Shown here: positions 25,141 through 38,724 of the stretch, in pieces | Layout: each line of letters starts with the position of its first letter | Numbering within the stretch: position 1 is the stretch's first letter | Origin: Lama glama | Taxonomy: Eukaryota | Direction: 5' to 3' | Length of the DNA: 64,000 nt | Assembly (NCBI GenBank): GCA_028534125.1 | Contig: CM052817.1 | Span: 4,094,001-4,158,000, forward strand | Notes under the pieces: generated by a model | Database searches by the model: none | Told to the model about the DNA's origin: nothing | What the model saw: the letters and a program-made list of their open reading frames with translations, nothing else | Made by a program: the position numbers and the translations under genes

Positions 25141-26512
25141 CTGCAGGGGAAAGAATGGATCAAGAATCAAGGCAGACTGACTTCCCCCATTCCCTGCAGC
25201 CCCTCAGAAACTGGCCCACAGCCCCTGGGTCACCCCTGAGCTCCGGGGATTGCTGGGCGTGGGGCCTCCATGCAGGCCTCGGGGTCAGCGCAAGGTCTCC
25301 ACCTCCAAGGGTGACTCAGGCCCCGCAGGGCACGGCCCAACCCTGCTATGAACACAACCTGAGCACTGGACTCACTGAGCTCCCTGGTCAGTGTAACCTG
25401 TCCCCACACACCTTTGCTGGCATTGTCCCTTGGCGTGGTTTTCCCCTGGAACAGACATAGCTCCCCAGGGCCAAGGGTCAGGCCCTCCCCAGTGTCCCCA
25501 GCCCTGGTGCACGAGTCGGTCCAGTGGGTAAACACTGAGCCAGGACTGAAGCATTCTGCCCTCCTGTCAACCCACCCCCACCCCCAATGGGGGAGGCATT
25601 CACCAGGCTCTTCCTACACTAGTCACCAAGGCAGGAGCTGGATCAGAGGGCAGACGGTGACAATAGAGGGGAGGGGTGCAGTGACTGAGAGCTGCCACAG
25701 AAGCCCAGCCCAGCAGCCCATCGAGGGGCGGGGGCAGCAGGAGGGGGCGGGGCTCCACATGGGGCCCCTGGAACTGCCATGTCAAGCATGCCTCGCAGGG
25801 GCACTGTCCTCTAAGCCCCAGGCGCCACGGCCACCTCTGCTTATCCCCAGAGGGGCAGGTCAGACAAGAGTCCTGCCCTGAGATCCCCAGAAGGGGGCAG
25901 AGGGGCCCACCCTGCAGTCTTCTCTGATGTGCCGGCGTGGCCCAGCCCCACCACATCCACCCCTGCGGGCAGGAGAGGGCGGGGCGGAGCCCTGGGCAGT
26001 CACTCTCTGAACAGCCAGGGGCAGGTGCTCCGCAAGGTGATGAAAAGGCAAAAGTCAGTGGGGCTGGGAAAAGGAGAGGCCACACCCAGTCAGGGACGCC
26101 CCCTCTTCTGCCCCATCTGTCAGGCTAGAAGGAGGCGGGAGGGCGGTAGCAGGGGGAAGACTGTGGAGGCGGGAGATGAGGCCTGCCTTGGGGAGGCTCT
26201 AGGGGATTCGGGGACCCAGGTCTCAGCCGCACCGCTCACTCTCCCCAACTCTATCCCCTCAGGAGGAGCAGGAAACCTTTGGACGGAAGGCCTGTGGGCA
26301 GGAGGGGAAGAAACCCCACAGGGTAGAGCAAATCAAGGTAGAACCAAAGCAGGAAGGGCCACTAGGCACCCAGACCGAGGACTGAGCCGGCACTCAGGGC
26401 ACGGCTCAGGGAGGGGACCCCAGGAACAGGAGGATTCCCAGAAAGGACCCTCCCTGGCTTTGGGGGAGACCTGTGAGGTGCCCACAAGGAGGTCCCCGGA
26501 GCCCCTACTTCA

Positions 26513-27199
<687 letters not shown>

Positions 27200-27727
27200 T
27201 CAGTCCTGCAGTGAGCAGCTGGGGCCAAGATCAGGACATCCCTGAGTCCACAGCCCCAGCCCTGGCCCTCCTAAGGCATCCATGTGTGGCCAGGCTGCAC
27301 CTCACTGACCCCAAACCCAGCGAGTGCCAGTCTGAGAGGACCTTCACTGGCCTACGGTCCCCAGCTGCTCTGCTCAGACTGGATGGAAAGTCAGTTCAGA
27401 AAATTCCACTCTGACCTCAGCTCACTGTCATGTTCTCCAACTAGACCAGGGAAAAGCTGACCCCAACTGACTCTGTTGTTCAATTTGGATTAGAACCCAG
27501 AAAGCATCTCCTTGTAGACACCAATACAAGTTAAAGAGCATGAAATGGCTTCGTTTCCTAAACATCCTGTAATACTCCAAAATGCCTAAATGACAAAGCT
27601 CCTGGCTAAACAGAAACCATACTCCTCTCTCAGCCACAGGCGTCACCAGCGTTAGGCTCTCCTGGTGCTGTTCTAGCTGTCAGCCCGGCAAGCAGCACGG
27701 CACCCTCGGACACCCCGCCAAGCCTCA

Positions 27728-28105
<378 letters not shown>

Positions 28106-28442
28106 TCAGGGAGCTTGCTCCTCACAAGACCTGAGGGGGTGTGGGGACTCCCCACCCGGGGATTGATGAGACGGGGGCAGAGGATGGGCAGGAAGCAGGG
28201 CCGGAGCTGGAGGAGGTGATGCCAAGATCAGGTGCGGGCTGCACAGGGAAGGTGAACATGTGCCCCGCAGAGGGCGGCGGGAGGAAAGCCAATGGAATGT
28301 GGAAACACCAAACGGGGCCTGGCGCCGGGCAGGTGAGGGCAGGCCAGCTTCCCGCTTCCCACTCGCTTGCACACCGGCACTGGCTTCTCCCAGCCCACCA
28401 CGCGGGCTCACAGCCTGAGCCTCCGGGGATATGGGTCCTCAC

Positions 28443-28525
28443 CTCCGTCTGCGCCTTGGCGTCCCCAGCCTTGGCCTTCTCCAGGACTTCCTCAAAGGGG
28501 GTTTCTACACCTCCCTTCATGGGTC
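28443..28525 (-). CDS. WFS1: Wolframin exon 3 (83 nt)
   Basis: tgttaaag|GACCC acceptor and GAG|gtgagg donor. Encodes [27 protein letters not shown]. Confidence 0.93.
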
Positions 28526-31500
28526 CTTTAACACAGAAGAACAAGCAGATGGAATGTCACCAAGCTGGTCCTCGTCGCTTGTCCGAGAAGGGAAGGGACA
28601 GCAAGAACAGGTCAGGAGCGTGAGGAGACACGGAGAGAGCGCACCAGGAAGCCGCCCTCCACCCTCCGATGCTGCAGAGGCAGAGCTGCCGGCTGGGTTC
28701 CAGCTCCGAGCTCCGAGCTCCAGGTGGAAGGGGCAGGGCACACAAGGGAGCGCAGGCCCGAGCCCCGCTGTCAGCCCCTCAGCTCACGGCAGCCAGAGCA
28801 GCTGCGCTCAGGCTTGAACGGGGCTCTAGGAAGATCCGAGGGCTCAAGTTTGAAAGCCCTTGACCTGAAGAGAGAACCTGCACCCAATCCCCAGCACCCC
28901 ATTAAGCAAACCAAATTCATGTTTTTAGAGATTGTGGTCTACACACCCATGATTTTGGGAGCTCATGATGGCTGTACACACATTTTGATACATCGGTAAT
29001 AGTGAATCACAATCAAGTTCCCATGTTGCTCTGCAGTGAAAAGGGCCATTTCAGCGTCTCAGAAATCCCCCTGAGGGGACACTCAGGCTCTGGGCCTCTC
29101 TTCTCCATCGGAACTTTAGGTTATTCCCACACTCCCTAATTTTATAAAACAGTGCCACAAACAACTCTGTGGATGCATTTTTTCATTTCACGTATCATTT
29201 CATTCATTCTCCTGGTATATGTTCTTCAGGTGAATGACTAGCTCCAATCGTCCTCCAGCTAGTGCTCATTTTACTTCGTAACTTTGTAAAAAGTTATCCT
29301 AAGTCACAAAAGCGTCACATAGCTTCATCAATTTCACTGCCACCTCTCTGTCAGTGGGCAGCGAACATAATTTTTTTTAGTCACTTTTTACCAGTCCCTT
29401 TCTTTGATTTGAGCAACTAATAGCCAGGGGCCTATACCCAACACCACACCTTGCCTCCGCTGTCCGCCACACCCTGCCTTGGCATGTGGCAGGATACCTT
29501 GCAGTGATGCAGGGGATGCGGCTGGAACATTGCCAACCACATAACGGGTGCTGATTAGGGATGAACAGACTCTCATTCTAGCCGTTTCTGGAAACGGAAG
29601 GTGGAATTCAGGGAAACAAGAACAGTCCCCGGTAACACTGCCCAATGACCAGCCTTTCCCACCCGTTCACCCAGGCCTTTCCCAGAATCAGCTCCGCCAG
29701 GCTCAGAGCACGTCCCTAGGCACAAAGGACCCCGGGAGGCAGCAGAGCAGGGGCCCAAGGTGACACAGCCTTGGAGGTTCAAGGCAGAGAGGTCACATCC
29801 AGTTTGGAGTGGGTCCGGGAGGTGGCGGGGAGAGGCTTGGGATGGCTCAAAAGAAAGTATCCTTCATGAGACTCACAGGTCCGGCACCTACAATGTGGCC
29901 CTCTTGGTGGATGCTTACAAACAAGACGCCTCTCCCTGCAGAGTTAGAGCTGGGCTCCCTCGCTGAGGTCCCAGGGACCTCACCCAGCAATGGCTGCAGG
30001 GCCCAGGACATCCACCCAGTCCCCTGGCCCTGGACCTTGTGCTTCCTGAGTCATCAAGGTCAGTTCTCCCTTCTGGCTGCTGTCACCCCCACTTCAGCCC
30101 CTGGAATGCACTTTCTGGCCAAGGGCTCAGACTAAAGAGACTGGCAGGCTCCCAGCGAAGGGGGGTGTGTACAGAGAGAAATCTGAGCCGCGTGCAAATC
30201 ACCATCAGCATCAAAGAGCCACGTGACCTCCCGAGAGTCATTTTCAGGGCCATCGTCAATATCCACCCAATAGGCCGGTTTATGAAAAGCAAGACACCCT
30301 GCACTGAGGGCCTGGTCCAGAGCGGGCATTTCCAGCGTGCCTTCCTTTCCCCTCCACGCGTCCCACCTCTGGGCTGACCCCAGGGCTTCGCTGCTCACCA
30401 ACGCTGCACTTCCCAGCCCAACACCAGACACCTCTCACAAGTTCACAACTCTCTCCTTGACTAATTGAATTCACAAGCCCAAGGTCTTCTTTATTACATC
30501 AGAATATAGAAGACTCAAACATACATCTGTTGGCTAAAAAGATTATTCTACGCATGATTAATTTCTCACAGAAGTTATTCATAGCCTGGCATTTCAAGAC
30601 GTCTCCCCAATACACAGAATCTCTTTGAAACATGGACCTCACCGCCCTCATTACTCCGCTTTCCAGTTGGCACTGATGCAAATATGTCTACAACCACGCA
30701 AATGTTGAGCTCGTGCTGCAGGCCAATCGGGGGGTTCTAGCTTTTTCCATCTCAGGAGGAGCCTTCACACAGGTCAAAGGCAAAGCTCATCAGGCTAACT
30801 GCCCAGTGGCAAAAAACAAACAAACAAATAACCACCGCCAGAAGCTGGCTGCATCAGTGTGGACCCCGAGGACCGCGGAACACACGTGTCCTCTGCAGGA
30901 CATTCCTGGCCTCTCCCTAACCCTGACCTGACGTCCCCCACTCTGGCTCGTCCACGTGGCAGGGTGGTGGCAGCAAGCCACCTGGCCCACCGGCCAGCTG
31001 CGTCTCCCTGACCACATCGCCCGGTCACAGACGGACACAGACCCGAGTCAGGACTGCGGGGCAACCAGCCTCTTCCTCCTGCTGGATCCTGGCTGATGCC
31101 AGCCTGGAGCCCTGGAGGGCCGCCCCAGGGGGAGACCCCACCGCGGGTGAGGGCACGGGGGAAGTAGGGCCGGGGGACACTGCCGATCACACCCTCAGCC
31201 CCCGGATACTCTTCGCTGTACAGACATACGGAACTAACAGGTCCTCTGCAACCTGGATTTTTGTGGATGTCAGTTTACATCAGGTTTCTGTGTCACTTGC
31301 AACCGAGAGGGTCCTGACTCAAGCTCATTTTTTAAAGTCTACCCATCAATCACAAAACAGCAATATTAGAGCTGCGTGGCCCTGGGCAGTCAATCCATGG
31401 AGGACCACACACACCCTCATCTTTTATCCTATTTATCTCCCAGGGATCCCACACATTTGAGAGACTTGTATATACCACGCTGAACTAGTAAATGACCGTC

Positions 31501-32309
31501 ATTTTGTCATGAATGGGAGAGGAGCCCCCAGGATTCTGTCCCCTCTCCCCAGCACACCCATCTTGCTGGAAACCTGGTATGGCATCTGCCACCATGGTTC
31601 CACTAGCCTTTATGGAAGTGATCTGTGTCCAGCAAGTCTGACCCATCTCCATCCCCCAACGTCAGGCACAGCTCAGCAAACGCTGAACAGACAGAGGGAT
31701 GAAGGGACAGGGAAGTGACAAGAGAACAGTCCTCAACTTTCACCTGTCTCCCCAAATCCTAGCAGAGAGCCTACAACACACCACATGCTTGGCCTGGAGA
31801 TCGAACCAACAAGCTTACCTTCCTGCCCTGAGCAGGTTTGGTGTAGAAACGGACAATGGTGGTGAGCACGTCTTGCTCCCACTCATCAGGACCACACAAG
31901 GGCCGCGGGCTGGGGAGCCTCAGGTGTCCCTTCCCTGCAGCCCCAGGGCCTCCACCAGCTCCGATCGCATGCAAAGGTCTCCTGGAGACAGCTGGGAGCA
32001 GGAGAGAAGTTGGCTTCCATTTTCACACAACTGCTGTGATCGAGATTTGCCCAAGCACATTGTTTAAATTGTTGAACGCAAGCCAAAGGCTCATAAAAGA
32101 AGAGCACGATCTGAAACACGCAGTGAGTGAGTGACGCAGCGCTCCTGTCTCCGGGGCTGCCGTCCTCCCATCCTCACTCACCGGCCCTGGACAAGGCCTT
32201 GGCCTCCCAGAGTCCCGGGCCCCTCCTGACGCCCCCCATGTGGGGCTGCAGTGAAGGAAAAGGTGATGTGGAACCAAGGGCATCCCATGTGTCCTCCTCA
32301 TCGCTGTGG

Positions 32310-32512
32310 GCGCTGGGTCACCCACCAGGGGGTGCCCCATACACGGGGACCTGGGGTCACCTTGCCTATGGGGGGTGATGTCCCATGCACAATGAGCTGG
32401 GACTGCCTTGCACAAAGGGTGTCCTGTACACAGCAGGCTGGGGTCACTGTATCCCAGGGGTGTCCTGTACAAGGAGAGGTGGGGTTGCCTTGCAAAAGGG
32501 GGTGTCCCATTA
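32310..32512. repeat. Degenerate ~41-bp minisatellite (~4.5 copies) in WFS1 intron 2
   Basis: Recurring ggggtg(t/c)cc(cat/tgt)aca...ctgggg(tcac/ttgccttg) units. Confidence 0.6.
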
Positions 32513-35500
32513 GCCTTTGGGAGCCTGACTCTGGTTCTCATGAACACACAGGAAGGATACTGCTTGCACCTCCTCTCTTCCAGGGGCTGGCTTAGCTCTG
32601 AGGTGGGGGACCTGGCCAGGAGGCCCGTGTTTCCCACAGACCCTGAGCAAGGGTCACGACCCTCGCCCCTCATTACTCACTCAGTAGACGTTTACTGAGC
32701 ACCAGATCCAGCCAGTCTGAACGCCAGGAGCCGAGGGCACAAGCTGAATGAAGCAGGACCCCCGTGCTCACTGCCCACCCAGGGGCCAGGCGAGGATAAC
32801 CACGTTCCAACAGTGCCCGCTCAGAGGCTGTGGGGGTGCCAGGAGTCATCAATCCCGATGGGAGAGGCTTCCTGGAGGTGATGCCCAAGGCTTGGAATGC
32901 AAAGAGCAGGCGAAAGGTAAGGGCATGATGCCAAGTTTCCAAAGGTCTTGCGTAGCCACCAGACCCAAGGGAGCCTCCGTGGCCTTGCTGGCCGTCCTCA
33001 GGACAGGCCATCTTGGAGTGAGAGGGTCAGAGCAATGGCAGGGCACCCAGACAGACGAGGGCTTAAATCAGGGTCAGGATGAAATCCTGTGTGTAAAAAA
33101 CTTCATAAACCAACAGCTGGTACCTTGACTGGACAAGGAGAAACCGAGTTGTTAACTGCTGTGACTTGTCCCCAGGGCAGCAGGACATGGCGCTCTGCGT
33201 CTGCTCCTACAGCCTCTCCTGACCCTCCTTGGCGCCCACACCTGCTGTCCAGCTCTCAGTCCCACCGGAAAACTGCCCCCTCACTACCCCGTGGCTCCAG
33301 CCAGGGGCCTGGAGCCAGCCCAGCTTCTCTGGGGCCCTCTCCCCTCGACCCCACCTCCCCGCTGGCCTCAGCTCCCCTAGACACCCATGGGTTCTCTCCA
33401 TGTAACCAAGATTAGCCCGCTCCTCTGGTTTAAACCCTCTAACGCTCCCAAGAATGACCATTCTCCTTATCCTGACCCTCGAGGCCCCACTGGGCTGGCC
33501 AACCTCTTGACCCCGAGTCCGACCCCTGCCCAGGGCCATCAGCCTCAGAGCCCTTCTGCCCGGCATGAACCACACCGTGCAGGCTCCTCTTCACTCGCTC
33601 ACCCGCATCTCCCTCCTGGAGGCGGACCCTGCCTTCCATGCCCAGTGTCCCCTGCAGCCAGTGGGCAGGACCTTGGTCAACAATGGCGTGGACCCTTCTG
33701 GGCAGGCTGCACCCCACCCAAGGGTTCCAGCCACCATCCCTGTCCCTGACCCTGAGGCTGTCTAAGCGAGTGCCAGCCTGGCACCCACAGCTGGAAGCCT
33801 CGCAGATTCGGCAGTCCTGAGGGCCAGCGATCCCTGTGCCCTACCGAGGTCAGCAGAGAGGGCACCCCCGTGCTCTGTGGCCCCTGCAGAGTGCTTGTCC
33901 CCGAGGACACGGCACCTGCTTACTTCTGTCTCTCCCTCGCCTGAGCCTTCACCTCCTGCAGGACCAGCCATCTCTGCTTTGCCCATGACACAGGGTGCTG
34001 GGCACACAGTGAGTCCTCCATCTGTGGTCACTGCTGTCGAGAACAGTCGTCACCGTGGATGAGCACGGACTCACAGCCTGTGGTCAAATCCTGACTTCAC
34101 CCCTCACCAGCTGGAGGTCCAGGGTCATCTACTTAACCTTTACCACTGGGCTTTCTCAGCTGAAGAATGCTGGAGAAGTGACTTAACTAATGGAGACAAG
34201 GACCCCAGGTGGTACTGCGCACAGGAAGTGCTATTTAATGTTCCTCTGCTGTTATCTACGGGTATTTGACCGATGCTCACCACACCTTTGCCAGATGGAC
34301 AGGTGCGTTAGTTCATTAAAACTTACTCCAAAAGCCCCTTCTCCCTCCCCAGGTAGATGCTCTTGGAGCTGTGCAGGGAGGCACCATGGGGCTTGCTGCG
34401 TGCACATCAGTGACCAGTGACAGCACAGAGAAAGTGATACGGCATGGCCCAGACTTGAGGGGCCAGGACCCCAAGGCTGCCAACCGGCCCAGCACTCACT
34501 CAGCACTCCCTGCCCCCCACCCTTGGGAGCAGAAGCCAAACAGAGACCACATCTGTTTCCTGACTCTTCTTATCTGAAACCTGCAGTCTGGACTTGGTCC
34601 GTCCTCCAAGGCTGTTCCGCGTCACCCAGATTGAAACCAAGTGTGTTCCCAGCCCTGGCCCCGCGCCCTGTGGCTGTTGGGTGTTTGTGCCTGGACTGAG
34701 ATTCCGGATCAGGCCCTGGCCTACCCAGAGGCCTTGGAGACAAAGCAGAGATCTTCGAAGGATGTGAAGATTGGAAGAGCCCAGCGGGGTGCGTTTCTGG
34801 GGGTAAATCGGAAACTAGTCCAGTGAGATTGTGCAGGGGAGCTGGGCCTGCTTCATCCAGAGCTCAGAGGTCCCTGCGGCTTCGCTGAGAGAGAGGAGGG
34901 CAGCGTGGGACAGGAGACTGGGGGGCTCCTGTGTCCATCACTCAGTACTGGCCACTTGACAAGTCGGTGCTTCTGTTTCCTCTCCTCTAAATGAGGACAA
35001 GAACAGAGTCCCTCTCTCGGGCTGCCGTAAGGGGTCATGTGAAGCCCCCAGGCCCGCAGTACACTCGGCAGTACACACCGGGTGCTCACCATCACAGGTC
35101 TGGGGCCTCTGCGTGGGGCGGGGCAGGGCTGAGCAGCGGGTAACCGCCTCAGGCAGCTGGCTTCTCAAGGGAAAAACAAAATGACAAGGCTGGGTGAGCT
35201 GGAGAAGGTGGGGTGGGGGCAGGGACTTCCTTAACTCCTACAGAGCACCTGGGGGAAAGGAAGCCCCTGTAAACGAGAGAGGGTCAGGTATCCTGTCCCA
35301 TGGGGGTACACCCCCCACACACCCACATACACAAACGTGGTCTGCAGCACAATGAGCCTCCTGGGAGAGAAGAAATCTTATGAAGCCCCTACCCCCAGAC
35401 ATACACAGCCCCAAGCTGACATTAAGACCGGACACTGACAACTGAGTGGGACCATAAAACTGGGCAGGTGCCGTGCTGTGCAAAGTGGACGCCCCAGGAG

Positions 35501-37749
35501 GAGGTCTGAGAAGGAAGGAAGGAAGGTACGGGTTAGGGGGTCCAGGAAGCTGGGTGACATTCATGAAGCATGTGGAGCTCTCAGCTCTAGCCACAGGCCC
35601 TCTGTCTGCACCACCAGGCAGGCACCTAAGGAAGAGGGGCCATGACTCAGCACCACCTCCCAACCCCGAGGCCGACGCACTCTCGCTCAGAGCACAGGTC
35701 CCCAGCACGCGGGTCCCACCTGGCTGGTATGATCATGCCCACTTTATAGATACAGAAACGGGCTTGGCGAGGCCTCCTGTCCCCCTCGAGGGCACACAGC
35801 TCAAGGCCACCAGGCAAGCCAGGGGCCCTTCCTGCACAACTTCAGGGCCGAGACACTCATAAATAAACACACATAAATAGGCAGACACACGCTCCGGAGT
35901 CCGCACGGGGACAAGCAGGGATCCAGCACCGCGGCCAAACCAGTGAGCACTTTTCAAACTACAGACTTCGACCCAGGAGGTCACAGAATCACATTAACTG
36001 CCCACAAGCAGCATTTGTTTTTAAATAAAAGCAAGAGAATGGAGACTCTCACTACTGTTCTGCAAGTTTCTGCTCCCACTGGGTGTGCGTGTGTGTGGGC
36101 GTGCGCATCAGGTGACAACAGCCCGTGTACTTCTTGCCGTGCGAGGAGATCGGAAAGTCTAGGAGGTGCTAGTGCCTTAAGAGCTAGGTGGGATTTCAAC
36201 AGGTGGAGGAGATGACAGCGTGTTTTGGGCAGAGGTTCCCCTCACGGCAAAGGTGGGTGGGCAAGCAGCAGGCAGATGTGCAGAGCGTGGAATAGTCTCG
36301 GCACGCAGGGAGGGGGCGGTGACCCACGGAGAGAAGTCACCGGGCTCTCACCAGTCATGCTGGGGTCCCAGGCAGGCTCTGCTCTGATCACTCCACCTAT
36401 AATCAGAGCCAAGGTCCCTACTTCCCAGGGCTGGCTGCTGTGAGACTCAGGCAGATGTACTGAGAAGCACTGGGTAGATTATTAGAAAAAGCAGTGCTTT
36501 AGAACAAGTGCATAGCTTTTATCAGCTATGTTTTCTCCAAATATCCCAGCCAGAGGCCTGCGCTCCACCCTTTTGAGCCTCCATGACACTCACAGCGAAG
36601 CTTCAGCATTTCTATCGACAGACAACAGCCCCTAAGGTGCGAAGGAGCCTCAAACAAGACTCATGTGACAGCTGGTGCCCAGGCCTGCCCCCAGCTCCTC
36701 CTGGTGTAGCTCAACTGCAGGCCAGACGCACAAGCCTCCCTTCTTCTCCACCACCCCTCCCCTGGGGGTCTGGGGGTCTGGGGCTGTCTCCAACCCAAGC
36801 CCGCCCTGGGCGAGGCTGTTTCTTCCCTCTGACCCTCGCCCATGCTGTGTCCTCTCCTCCCAGGCTGACTCTTGCTCAGGCATCATCTCTTCCCAAGAAG
36901 CAGGTCCCTACCTACCCAGCCCCAGCCCCAGAGCCACCTCTGTGCACCCCAGGCCCTGTGCTGCCCTGCTGGGGGCAGGTCTGGACTCATTTGTGCCGCC
37001 AATGGCCACTCAGGGCCAGCAAAGGGCCATGCTCAGTGAGCAACAGCTGGACAGAGGAGGGACCAAACGCTGGTGCCCTGGCCCCAGTATCAGCGAGGCA
37101 GCCAGCACCACCACCAGCTGTCTTGTCCCCCCCGGGTCCCCACACTGTCTCGTCTCTGCCCCAGGGAGGTGCCCCTGGGATAGAGTGGAAACTTGAGGAG
37201 GCCCAGAAGTGGGCTGGGGTGGGGGCAGCGCTTAGCAGCCCCATCTGGGGATGGAGGCTGGGTCTAAAGGGCAGTAAGGGACAGGGCCTGGGCCCAGGAG
37301 CATCCAGGCTGGCAGCCGGCCCAGAGGGGCATGACCACATGGGGGCCCCCAGACCAAGCAGAGCTGCCTGACTGAATGGCCCCTGAGGAGTGGCCACAGT
37401 GGACAGGGGACAACATGGGCTGCCCTGAGCACTGTGCGGGACCCGAGCCGGGGGAGGGAAAGCCTTCGTCCCACCGCACAGTGCCTGGTGCAGTAATGCC
37501 CACCGTGTCCATGAGCTAAAGGGAGCTGGTGCGGTTACTTACAAATATAAGGAGGAAACGCTACGTCTGCTGCAACCCAAGTTCGTGAACTTCAGAGAAA
37601 AGTGTGCCGAGAGGTGAGGCCTGAGAGGCCCTGGACCGCGGGGGACACCCCAGAGGAGGAACCTCGTGGGGATGCCTGGACTACATGCCAGGACCCAGCT
37701 TCCAGAGCAGCCCCAGGCGAGGACAGTCTGGCTTCCCAGGCCCCCTTAC

Positions 37750-37981
37750 CTGCTCCATCCACTCTTTCTGGGCTCCTGGTATGCGAAGCCCGGGGCACAG
37801 CTCCAGCAGCTGTATCTCTCACGTCTGGTCCAGGTCCAACTTGGGGTCCGGGAGCTTGGGGCGCCCCACTCCTCTCCTGCTCCACTGAGGTGGTGGCATT
37901 GAGCCGTGAGCGGACCTGGGGCTGAGGCAGCAGTGGAGGCTGGGGGCCGGGGGGGCTTGGAGGAGGGGCGCTGGCGGCCAT
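37750..37981 (-). CDS. WFS1: Wolframin exon 2, first coding exon (232 coding nt; exon begins at 37982)
   Basis: ctgcag|G ATG GCC start and CAG|gtaagg donor. Encodes [38 protein letters not shown]..., containing the wolframin PQPQxRSRLNAT motif. Confidence 0.92.
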
Positions 37982-38331
37982 CCTGCAGGTGAGAAAAGCC
38001 GAGGGTCAGACGTACACGAGGCCAGCCAAGCCCCATCTGCTCCAGCCTCGGGTTTTGGGTAAAGAGAACAGGGTGGGGGCTGCCCAGCATTCTGTGTGAG
38101 CTCATTCGACCTCACAACAGCCCCCTTGAGGACACCCCCATCTTACAGATGAGGAAATCGAGGGAGGACACTCACTCCAGGCTAGCTGGCTCGGCAGGTC
38201 CCACAACAGTCAGGAGCCGGCCCCTCATCAGGGACCGGGACCTCCGGTGTGCTCATCCGAGCAGTGGGAACAGCAGGATGCCGTGAGGGTTCAGTGAGAT
38301 GGCCCATGGGAGCCTTGGGCATGTGACTGGC

Positions 38332-38724
38332 TGTGCTGGGTTAAAAAAGGGGTCTTTGCAGATGAAATCAAGGATCTAGAGATGAGATCACCCTGGATCA
38401 TGGTGGGCCCTAATACAGTCACTGGTGTCCTTATAAGAAGAGGCAGGAAACACACATAGACACAAGAGGAAGCCACCACATGAAGGCGGAGTCAGAGGCT
38501 GGAGAGAGGCGGTGGCAAGCCAAGGGACGCCAGGGATGCCCAGCAGCACCCGAAGCCAGGAGAAGCGAGGAGGGACTCTCCCTCAGAGTCCCCAGAAGCA
38601 GCCAGCCCTGCCGACATCGTGATCTCAGGCTTTTGCCTCCAGGACCACAAGACAGCAAGTTGCTGTTGTTTCAAGCCACCAAGTGTCTGGAAATTTCTTA
38701 TAGAAGCCCTAGGAATCAAACACA
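38332..38724 (+). mobile_element. MaLR LTR (MLT1C-like)
   Basis: gggtctttgcagatg, gagatgagatcaccctggat, ccacatgaaggcggagtcagag and ttgttgtttcaagccaccaagt. Confidence 0.8.

Noticed and set aside
36583..37371. 262-aa Pro/Gly-rich + strand ORF, and similar ORFs at 41525-42277, 43370-44116, 44590-45411 and 53682-54434
   Set aside because: Expected by chance in stop-poor GC-rich introns and CpG islands; no supporting gene structure.
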